Below are positions 41,101-53,100 of a stretch of 64,000 bases of DNA, piece by piece. Source of the stretch: Tubiluchus corallicola (lineage: Eukaryota > Animalia > Priapulida); contig JAQGDQ010000085.1 in the NCBI GenBank assembly GCA_030141605.1, positions 434,001 through 498,000 of the forward strand, given 5' to 3'. Made by a program: the position numbers and the translations under genes. Within the stretch, counting starts at the first letter, position 1. Each line of letters starts with the position of its first letter. Under the pieces are notes generated by a model that made no database searches, was not told where the DNA came from, and saw only the letters and a program-made list of their open reading frames with translations.

Positions 41101-44100
41101 TATTTTTTTTATTGATCAACACCGTGACAAAGTCTTTACCACACTAAGTAGCCTTCTACCCAGCGAGTTGTAATTCGTAAAAGATCACAGCGTACGTTAT
41201 AATTTAATTAGAACTTTTTCAACGGCATCGTTTTTGGAAAATGGTTTTTGTGTTTTTTGGAAATTCTTCAGTAATAATCACTTTTACTACAAATTGTAAT
41301 TCGTTTGTTTTTTACAGAGCTATTGGTTTTGTGTCACTACATTAATGTAGTCGCATATATTTGCTACATAAGCGCGTTAAGTTGCTGCTAAATTCATTTA
41401 GACGTAGGCATTACGTGCCGATAATAAGGCATTACCTCAAGAATTTTCATTTAAACAGGGAACATTTCTTACCAAAGCTTGAAATAATAAAATTAAGAGT
41501 AACCACTCCTTAAAACTCTTTGAAATTTTTCTCAAATCGTATCTTTCCAATATGGAACTGATTGCCTGCTTCTGTAAATGATTCGCCATTAGTAAAAGAC
41601 TCGAACATGTTGATTTAACAAGGTTTGTTGAATTCGATAGACATGTCTAAGTAGCTTTGCTCTGTGTGTCCTCCTGCACGTCTTAATAAGTGCTAATTAT
41701 GTAGTATGCTGGTAGTTGTACTGTATTTTCATTTTTTATGAACGTTTTTTTATGTACTACATAGATATGAACAAACTAAACTAAACTAATCCAACTGAAT
41801 TAGGGAAACGAAAAATAAAACTAATCTCTACTAATTTCATCTTTCTTTGAACTAGTTTTAAGTGATAAATTAATCAATTTTGTTTTTTTACTAACTAAGT
41901 TGAACTAAAATGGAAATAACTTTGTTTTATAATGTTTAATTGCATGACAAAGTAAAAATTAATTTCTATTCTATTCTAAAGAATGCTGCCCACAGCTCAG
42001 TGAAATTCTGGAACTACAAACGCTTTTATGACATTTACTGTGAATTTCAAGTCAAAAGCTTTCCTATAAGTACTCTCTCGGTCACTTAACTGTGCTTAAC
42101 ATTTTTCCAACAATCGATTCACATCTCTGTATAAAGATTATTCTCTCCTCGACAACAAGTTTTCGCCTAAGCGCTACAGATTTCCCAAGGCGAATACGTT
42201 TTATTTTGTAAAGCTGCTTGTTGCCCGTCCACATAACAATTGATTCGACCAGCATTACGCTTTGATAAGTGGCCGACGCATTGGAAAACGCATCTAATCT
42301 GAATAGAGCTTCTGGATAATTTCACATAAAGCTGACAAATCATCCTTGAAAAGAACTGAAAAAACATTATTCACATTTGACCGCTCAATTTTATATTTGC
42401 AGAACGATATAACGTTAATGTGTGCATAGCATTAATATAACACACAAGATCAGAGATGGGCTAATAGCTATTCTCGAGCTTATAATACCCCAAACAAGAA
42501 AATAGGTAGTGAAGCCGATGAGGATCAGGGTTAGGTTTCCGGATCAGGGTTATGGTCAGGGTTAGGGTGTGTGTGGAAATGCAAACTTCTTCCCTATCCT
42601 CAATAACCACCACTTTGTTTTCATTCATATGCTAAGATATGAACAACTTTACAATTTTAACTCTTTACAGTTAAATCTAGAAATCGAAGCACTAATGTGC
42701 TTGAATCCGGCATTTCCCACTTGCTCGTTTCTTGCAAAGTAAATAGTTTTCATAAGAAAATCATAGGAAGTTGTCACAGTACGTTTTTTTTGACAAAAAA
42801 TAGAATACACGTTATTCGGGTAAATCTATTTACACATTAAAATGAAAAAGGGGTCCGTTATGGTCTACGCCATGAAACACAGTATCTATGATTGATCCGC
42901 AGTCATTTACAATGAAAACTGCAGCTTGTGTTAGTGTTTATCCGCAAACATAAATGTGACGCCACACCACCACCAACAACAACCACAACAACAACAACAA
43001 CAGTAATAAGAATATGACCAAGCTTTGGGTCTCGCGCTTCGTTCCAGATCCAAAAACAACTCTGAATTACTCAGAATTACCCAATTAGATGTCAGTACTC
43101 AATCTTCGAAAGCAAAAATAATCGATAAGTAGACTGATCGTGGATATCTGATCAAAATGCATTTGGCTTTAAAAAAATGGGGGGGATATTCTCATCAAAA
43201 TTATAAAATCGCGAAGTTTCTAGATTTAATTCAGCTTCCGTCAATTCTGGGTCGTTAATCTCTCGTTTAGGATAAGTAAATAAAACCACTCAGTTCAACA
43301 CTCGTCATACCAATGAACTGAGAGTGTTTGCCATAACATAATGGCTCCAAATTGCTTACTGAAATACCATTTCTGTGGCATTAGGCAGCAGATATTAGGG
43401 GCTAATTGTCCATAATGAGCGAAGAGTAGCCCAACAAATTATAGGGTGAATAAATACTTGTTCGCGTGTAGCAGATCTTTGCAGCACACGTTCACATGCA
43501 GACAATGCACACGCCACATATGGTTTCAAAGCTTATTTTGTGTGCCAGTTAAAGTGGGAAGTCAAAAGTCGGATGCTAGAAGTCACTAACATGTTAAAGC
43601 CAAAAACTTTTTTCAGATTATTGGACCTTAAACGACAGCAAAAAAGCGCAAATATCACATCTGTAAATGCAAGATTGTACGCTACGTCGTCCAACGATAT
43701 TTGTAAATGCATCACAAGTCATCGAATCCAGGTAAAAAAGTCACATGAAAAGGGGCAACAAAAAAGAAATAAACATAACCCTAACCCTAACTCTAACCCC
43801 AAAACCTAAACCAGCCAAAATTCATTGTGACTTTTTTCTTTGAACTTTGGTTCCTGTGATTTTATTATCTGTGTTTTGTCATCAAACAAAAATATGAGGT
43901 ATTCCAACTCTTGTCGCCTACGAAGTAGAAGCTATTGGAATGTTCAAAGTAGATGACATTAACAACACAAACAGGCGCAAACTACTACAGTATTGACGAT
44001 TTTCGAGCTGTAATTTTACAGTACAGAACTGAGAATCATGAAACCAGCCAAAAAGAGATCGTGACTGGAATAATGGTAACAAAAATTATAGTAAAACAAA

Positions 44101-47100
44101 GAAATTTTAAAACAGTCTGCTCATGGGTTCTATTTGGAAATACAACTAACGAAAGTCGAAAGTGTACCCAGCACCCTTACTGCAAAGTCTATCAACATAC
44201 AGCATCCATCGTTCAGTGACTCTCACAAGCAGAATAAGAAGTAAAGTCTTGTTTTCAGGCTTGTGAAAAATTATTACAGTAAGAATGTTCCATAACAATG
44301 GTCTAGGAGCACAGGAAACATTCTATAATATAAGTTCCATTTGAAAACCCATACTGAGAAAACAATAAGTAGGCATAGTATTTTAACAATGAGACCTTCT
44401 CAGGTCCTGAGTAATAAAAGGAATAGTTCTGAGCCTTTATCATAATTATAAATGAATTCACGGTTGAGTCCAGTCTTATACCATGTTTATTTTCTGTTGA
44501 ATTCTGTGTCACAAATATTGGTGGAATTCATCTTTAAAATGTTATGAAATAGGCTTGCTTAACATATATAAACATGTTCACTCCATGATGAAGTTGAGTC
44601 ACCAGAAATGCACTGAAACTTCGAATGGATAAATGGAGCAAACTGATTCAATGACAAAAGCTGACATTATTTAAGTTTGGTTAAGTATAAACCACATTCA
44701 TTTATTGTTCAACTCTTAGTCAATCTGTGCTTCAAAACTGCACTAGAAAGAATCCATTCAACGAAATCTTTCAACATAGACTGATGTACTCAAACAATGC
44801 AGAAGTTTGCAAGTTCACACTGAGGAATAGTTCACATTTGAAAATACAAATGCGGAAAATCTTAAGGTTGAGTTTTAAGGTGCTTTAGCAATGGAGAAAA
44901 ACAATTTATTACTGGCTTTGAACTCAGTAGAAGAAATGGAGGCAAACTGATGACACCATTCACTCCAGGAAATGAAAGTAACGTTAAGCCTGAGATTAAG
45001 GCATCTGAAAACAAGTACAAAGATGAATCTACTAAAAAGTTCAGAAATGCTTCTAAATGATTCGAAAGAAGATTCTAAAAGCCCCAAAGATACCACCAGT
45101 GGTGCTGCAACTGCACTATTTAATATGCCTTTATATGCCAACAATCAATCTCCAGCACATACCCCTGAAACGACTAAAGGTGAAACCAACAGGCCCTTCC
45201 TGAGCCACACCACTGCATCTCCTAAAAGAAAATCAAAAAAGATGACTTCACCAAGTAGGAAATCAGCAGCTGGTACTGCCAACTTAACACCAGCAGATGA
45301 TCCTAATGCTAGTGGCGTACAGACATGGCCTCAGAAAGTTCTGGAATACGCAATGGCAAGTGGGTGCTTGCAGACGAGTGCTGGAAGCTGCCTCAAGAGG
45401 ACTTTCAATATGAATGGAGCAAAAACAGCATCAAACACCGACATAAGAGATACCTCCAATCAACCTCCAGATCAATCCAATGTCATTGCAGAAACTCCAG
45501 CAGAACCTAACTATCTGCAAAAATTCTCGATTGATAAATCCCCCGATGAAAGTGTGCGCACAGAAGATGGTGGTGCAGTTCAAGTAAGTGAAGATATGGC
45601 AGATGCTGCTCAAAGATGTAGTGATGCTGCAAAAACACTAGCAGTCCCAATAAAATCAGAGGCTAATTTGAAAGAGCCTTCCTCAAAAAGTCATTCAACT
45701 GTACCATCAGTGCCTTTCTCATTCGATGATGTATCATCACCAGCAGTAGAGCCTTCCAATATAAGAACTGAAAGAAAAAGGACTTGCAAATGTTGTAAAT
45801 GTTCATTAGTGTGAAGGTGATCGGAAATTCACCAAAGTAATAGCTCCACAAAACAGAAAAGGATAATAATCTATCCAGCAAAACTTTATACAAATAGAAC
45901 TAATTGGCATTTTGCACAGACATGTTTCATGATGAGTTAAAATGAAATTGTTAAGTTAAAGCAGCAAACTTAGCAGAGAAATGTAATTAGATGACACTAT
46001 AATAAATTCATGAAAGCAGCAACAAAACACATGAACACTTGATTTCAAAAAAATATTTCATGTGTTGCAATACTATTTTAGGTAATTTTATAATGGATCT
46101 AATGTGTTATGCAATTATTTGCTTGTATATTGTGTGTATATACTTGTATAAGACAATAAAAAACTAAAATGCTAAACTATACTTGTTAAGAACCAGTACA
46201 GAGATTCATTAATTTATTTATCAAGGCCTACAACTGTCTAGTGTATAGTTTTTATGCGAGGATAAAAGCAAAATGTCAGAATTCTTGTCTACGAAAATAT
46301 TACATTTCAAAGAACTTCCTACTTTAGTTTGAATCACTTGTCTTTGTATGTAGTTTGTTATTAATTGTACCGTGATTTTTTTTTCAAAAGAAGGTAAAAT
46401 TTTACATATAAGTCAATACAAAATATGTATAAAATTACATGTCAATCACAGAACACAATTAAGTGATAATTTTATAAAACTTATACAATGTCTGCTGTGA
46501 ATGGCTTCATTATCGTGAGAGTATCTTATGAAATCATAAGCGTATGGCAGATATAAATTTGCACACCAGCCAAGAACCGTATGCATTTTCTCCATTTTGC
46601 ACACTTGCAGTATGTTTCTGATTAAGCACCCCAGTGAAAACCAGTGTGCTGTTTAGGTGCTGTGGTTCCTTATTATGAACTCAATGCTATATCACTTATC
46701 ACTTAGTATGTTGCCTCTGTCTTCACCAGTGCTTTTGCCACCTGCCTGGTGGTTACTATTATAATCATGCGCTGCAGTAAGGGGCTCATCTAACACCTCT
46801 GTTCCTTTTTCCATATTCGTAATTCACTTATTTTACCAACACTATATTCCATTGTAAAGAAATTTAGCATACAGCAATATCACAAAATACCTTTACAATA
46901 AGTAAAAGAGTAAACATATACAATCTAGGCAAAATGTTAACTGGCTTTACTGCAGCCTATCACCAGTATCTATAGCGTGCATATATTGCAGAACCCTCAA
47001 AAAGCCAAAGCTTGTAAGACTTTGAACTTGGACCAATGATTAGTTAACACAAAAATATGCAGATGAAATTATGCTAATAGCTGAAATGACAAAAAGAGAA

Positions 47101-47112
47101 AGAAACGGAAGG

Positions 47113-47171
<59 letters not shown>

Positions 47172-50100
47172 GGAGGGAGGGAAAGGGGAGGAGGACAGGA
47201 GGAGGGGGAGGAGGAGGGCGACGACAACTACTGCTGCTGCTGCTGCTGCTGCTGCTACTACTACTACAATTATTATATTGGTTGACATGTCAAATTGCTC
47301 TCGCTGTCTTGCAAGACAGAAAGGCAAGAAACCTTAAAAAAACTTTCAACCAGCTGATTTCGTCTTCAAAGCACTCTTATTACTTTATAAGACTAGTGAG
47401 TAATTAAAGAAATGTAGGAAAGATCAGCTTGATGAACTAATGTGGACACTTGTAGAAGATCATACTAGTACGCAGAATGACAACGATGTCTACTTAGTAT
47501 GTGCACATTCGGGAATGACAGACATTTTAAAAGCGCAGTTTGGTTCGAAATAAGTCTTTTTGAAACAAAATTAAACTAAACTAAATGAATGGTTTCTTTT
47601 TCAGCTAATCCTAGTCAGAATATAGTCAGGATGAATGGTGACTTCACTTGACAGCAGAATGTATCATGATCAGTCTGACATAAATAGAGCTGTTGCAGTT
47701 GCCTGTTTTCTCAAAAGGAAAAAGCTGACAGAATCCAGAAATCATCCTTGCAGAAAAATGTACCAGCAAATATAGCATGTTTATTTACTAGGAAAAACTT
47801 TTCTGCCAGTATTTTGAATATCTTGAAATAGATATGCCACTTGACGCATAATTAAAGGTGAAACCCAAAGTGGCTAAAATGACTAATTGCAACAAAAACC
47901 TTGTTGCCATGGAAGCAAAAGAAAGAAAAAACATGATCAAAGACAGTAAAGATGCTAATAAAACTAACCAGCTAGCTCGCAAACCTTTTCGGTTAATGGA
48001 AATATTGTAGCAACTGATACCAAAATGGTCTCTATTCACTTCAGATGCGTGTACGTATTTTATATTGTGTATTCAAGTATTAGTACTATCAGGACAAGTG
48101 GCAAACCAGAAACGCCCAAAAGCACTTCAAGTGCATTATCCGAAATTGTCCTTCCAGCGCAAAATCCAGTGGACTCTTACGTCACGAAAACGGAAGCCGG
48201 AATTCTTCTGGCCATTGCCGCATTTTCCATCACGGCCAACATTACTGTCATTTTCGTCATATTTGTTCGCAAAACTCTCCGAAAATCATCCAATGGACTG
48301 ATTGTGCACCAAACAGCATTGGACATTACTAAGAGCGTTGTGGTGATACCATACTGTCTGGGAGTGTTGTTCAATGACAAAAATATGCTTGAGAAGTGTC
48401 ATATGACGGGTGCAATATACATAATCTTAATAACTGTTACGTACTTGAATCTTCTTAGTCTAGTCTTAAATGATGCTCCAACATTCCCGGATACATCAAT
48501 AACACTACTGAATAGTCATCAGTGTGTTATATTTGGGGTGGTTATGATATGGTTCACGGGTGTTCTTATAAATGTCGTGCCAACATTAATAATGGAAGCG
48601 CCGAGCTTTTCAGAAAATTTCGGTGACTGCGGTTTCATCTTTGGACCAATGAAAAGTTATGTATTAAGTGTCTTGTGGATTGGATTTAATTATTTTGTAA
48701 TTGCTTTAACTGCTTACCAGATATACAAGTTAAACAAGGACATAACGACAATGGCTAATCTGGAAGCGATAAAAGTGGTGAGTCTGGTGACAACGATGTT
48801 GTCGGTAAATTCTCGGACAGCTAATACGGAACATCACAGGGTAAGGAACTACGTCCGACAACTGGAACAGGATGCAGTTTTACGACTGCGTACTTTCTCA
48901 ATACTGCTTGGGTGCATCACATTGTTTTGGAGTCCACTGTTTCTGCTGCTCCTGTCTGATCCAGAATTATCCAGGGGAAAATTTTTTTATAAATCCTGCG
49001 CCTTTCTAGCATGCAGCAATAGTTTTGTGAACCCAATCATACTGTTGATATTTCATAACAGTATAAGAAACGGAGCTAAGAATTTATTTTGCTGCAAGCA
49101 GGAACCTCCAACAGATGATCCGGAGGAGCAGGCTGAAAGAGCAAGAAATCGCCGCTTCGACACCGACTAATGACAACAAAGCCCGGAATGGCAACGTGAC
49201 AATTAAATGTTTGCTTAGGAAATTCATTTCTCCATAACAAAGGCAAGCTGTTGCAGCCAAGCTAGATGAAGTGTGGCCAGTGTTTCCAAAGCTAAAGCTA
49301 TAGTAACAGTATTACCCAACATCAGAGACTTCCACCAAACCATTATAAATGTATTTATTAACATGTTATCCAACTATTTCAACTTGACATTGAAAGTGGT
49401 CTATTATTACTGTGTAGCCTGTTATTCCGACACGTCGTCTGCTCGACTGTGAAAATGTGATTATTATTTTTGAATCTTTGTGTAATCTACCATGAAGGTG
49501 AACCCACAACTAGTCAAGTAAATTATTATTTTGCTGCTTTGCATAGCCAGCTAAAGATATGTAAGATAAAAAATGTAAGTAGCGCTAGCTCATACTTGGC
49601 TCAAACTATCATTGTTTATGTCATAAGGGTTCACTCGTGGCCAGGGTCAGATTACGACTTTCTGTGGCCCCTGGGCTAATGAAATTATGGGGCGCCCTGA
49701 GATGGAGCCACCGTCTAATTAGCTCGCACTCCTCGAATATTTTTTTATTTGTGACTTATTTTAGCAGCATTTGCATAGCTGGGAGCCCCATATTTCAAAT
49801 AAAGGGCTTCAAAAAGGGATCCTTACTTCAAATAAAGGGCCTCAAACAAGGATCCTTTATTTCGAATGAGGAACTACTTTAAAATTGGATTTTCAGACTT
49901 CCCGGCCTCCTTTTTTAAAGTTGAAATTTTATTTCAAGTTATGTGAATTATTCAGCATTGTAAAGAATGGGCCTCTCAAACTTGAGGGGCCCTAGGCTGC
50001 AGCCTATACTAGCCTATAGGGTAATCCAGCCTTCCTCGTGCCAGACATTGCCAAGCTGCACTTTGAAACCAAGCTCAACACAGCATCAACAATTTTCAGC

Positions 50101-53100
50101 ATTATTAAAGTTATACCGTCTATAAGAGCCATAAGATTAAATCAATTTCAGAAGTATCATTTTATTAAACGATCAATATCTTTTCTTTGGAGCGCTGTAG
50201 GATGCAATTAAAAATTGGCAACGAGAAGCAGAATGTCTGAAAAAACAATTTTTCGTCTTATTTAACAATGTCACCAAATCGCAGTAAAGGTACGAGCTGA
50301 GGTTTAATGGATCTTATCCAGTTTAACATGCTTGAAAGTTGTTCCTAAAAACCTAAGAGCAGAATGAAATAAACACACGTTTTTTGCATCGTCTCAGCAA
50401 TTCAGTCCTTCGTTGTTCACTACAGCCCCGACTCCCTACTTCAGATAGTTCAACAATGACAATTCCCACTTAGCTCCATATTTTCGTGTTCGTAAACTTA
50501 TACCGGAACTAGCGCCCTTCCTACAATGCAGCATAATAAACACTTTGGGCAAAAAATGAATTGATGATTGAAATTCACAGGAGACGGGACTTCCACTTCT
50601 GCGATACTGTCCTCTCTATTTGCAAAATTCATTATTCATTTATTCTCCTGTAAGCAAGTATGCATTTCAAGGTGTATAACAGCACTGCATAGTCAATATC
50701 ACACGATGGTCATGAACTAGATGATCAATATACGGACATCACATTAATGGAAATATAGCTATTATGCTTGATTAGTTATATGCAGCCACCACCTGCCTGT
50801 CGTTTCACATGTGGCACTCACATTGGAAATTATGACTTTTTTGAAGAAGGAAGCTTGTTTTTGAAAGCTTAACTAACACGACATCTAAGTCATTAAAATT
50901 ACTATGTGCTAAATATGATTATGTTGTCAAACAGCAATGAACAGTTGTCAGTTCAAACCATCAGTTACAGTTTACATTTGATAGCTTTGATAAAAATTAT
51001 TATTGTCTTTGCTGTCATTTGCTTTACTGAGTGCAGGAGAGTGCAGCGCTCGTAAGCTGACTGTGTACAATGAAACATGATAACGTTACAGAAAATGAAA
51101 ATGCCATTTAATATTAATAGAATGCTTTCAAGCGAAATGAAACTTTAATCATCTGTCTATTGGTCGGAATGCAGTCAATATGGCGCCTGGAGCTAGTGTA
51201 TAAAACGCAATTATCTAGCCAAACGAGTGACATAAACTATTAAATAATATAATAACTTGTTATTACTGACAAAAAGTTGTCTGATAACAAAAATTTCTTT
51301 GTTTCTCTAAACTTGTAAAAGCAGGTCATCAATAATTTCAACTGTTGATCCAACTTACTCAAATAATTGTAGGAGTCTCTAATATTTCTGTTGAATAAGT
51401 ACCACAAAACTTCATTAAAACCCGTTTATCATAGTGTCAGACTAAGATGAAACAACGTACCCAGCATTAATAAAGATTGATTTTTTATTTACATTGAGTA
51501 ATGCTGAGCTACTATCGTTTACTTAAAATACAAACTTAACATAAACCACCGCATTTCGTTGGCTTGCCTACCCCGTTATTCCTATCATCTAATTCACATG
51601 AAAACTAAGTAATAAATAGAGAAACAAATTTTATTTATGATTTTACTTCAGCAGTGTTCATATAGTGCCACCAGGGTGACGCTAACCAATAAAACAGCGT
51701 CTAGTAGTGTTTGTTTGCTATCTTAATGTTACTATACATTATTTAGAATTTTATAATTCACAAGCTTCTTACTAAGGACTTGTATGCAAATCTTGCAGAA
51801 AAGACATTTTTGCTTAAAATGTCCTTTTATTTATTTTAATGTGTTTATTCGACTATAGTATGAGTTGCAATGATAAATGAATGCTAAGTAAAGTAAGTTT
51901 TGAAGTAAAATGTTTTTTACTATTGTACTTTGTATATTAGAAATTTAATCTTCCCAAACTAATTTTCAAAGAATTGACAGTCTCAACTTTTTAAAGTTCT
52001 CTTATAGCAAAGGTATTAAAGCCATTTTGTTTACACTTTGTATGTTTTACGTACATTTTTAATATCAGACAATCACTGTAATCTTGTACAGTTATTTCTT
52101 GCTGCCTAGTTCATCGAGAAAAGTTTTCAATTAAATGTGATCAAACACAACTAGTTGTAACGATCTCATTAGTATACGGCAGAAGAAATACAATTGTGGT
52201 GAAAGTTTGAAACACTACCAGTTTTGGTTTTCATACATAGTTTACTAACTTTCATATTGCATTAATCCCAGTTAACAAAAATACCATTCATCATTTCTAC
52301 CTGCCAATTATTTGGAAGATGATTCCTCACAGTACAGAACTTCTTGTTTTTATCCTAGATGTCTAGAACGTTGCGAACTTTATGGCTTTCAATTCTTTTT
52401 AAAACTTCAAGGGTTACATAACATGAAAGCAATTTAATATTGGCGAACATGAACATCAACAATGCAAGCACAGAACCTCCAATTTTGAATGTCTCAAGCA
52501 TTTTCAGTGTCTTGGACATCTTTGCAATCTGTATTTCAAAGAGCGTTAGCATGTGACAGCAAGAGGTTCCACACACACTAGACACAATAGGTTAACTGGA
52601 AATGTCACAGGATTTTATAATAAAAACGTTTTAATTAATCTAAGCACTCATAAAAGAGAACTTAGTCATTTGATTCCTGTCTTTTTTTGTTTAGTTTAGC
52701 CCGCCAGTATATTATTAAACGTCAACTGAAAAGAGAGGCTCGAATTGTCTTGACTAACCGTCATGCCTTATCAATATGTACGAACTTTATATCAACAAAA
52801 CACAATCTTTAGTGAGCCACTGGCACAGGCTTCAGTTTCATGTCAGCCATAGGTGGCAGGTGTGCATATATTTTAGTAATCATGCTAATTAAAAGCTAAA
52901 CATTTCCAACAAGGATTACTCATCGACCTTTTAGGATTGACACTGCGGCATTGTAAGAACTGTATTTCGTTTTACAGAAGTGCAAACGTATTATAAAAGT
53001 TCTCTTCAGTCTGCTGTGCAGCTTGAAGGAAAGCGATTTCGGGAACCGAAAAAGTAATTCTGACCTCACAAAATAAAGTAGCAATGGCCTGATTCTTTGT

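Noticed and set aside
47040-47337. RE-repeat / poly-Ala ORFs on both strands
   Set aside because: Translation of (GA)n and (GCT)n microsatellites
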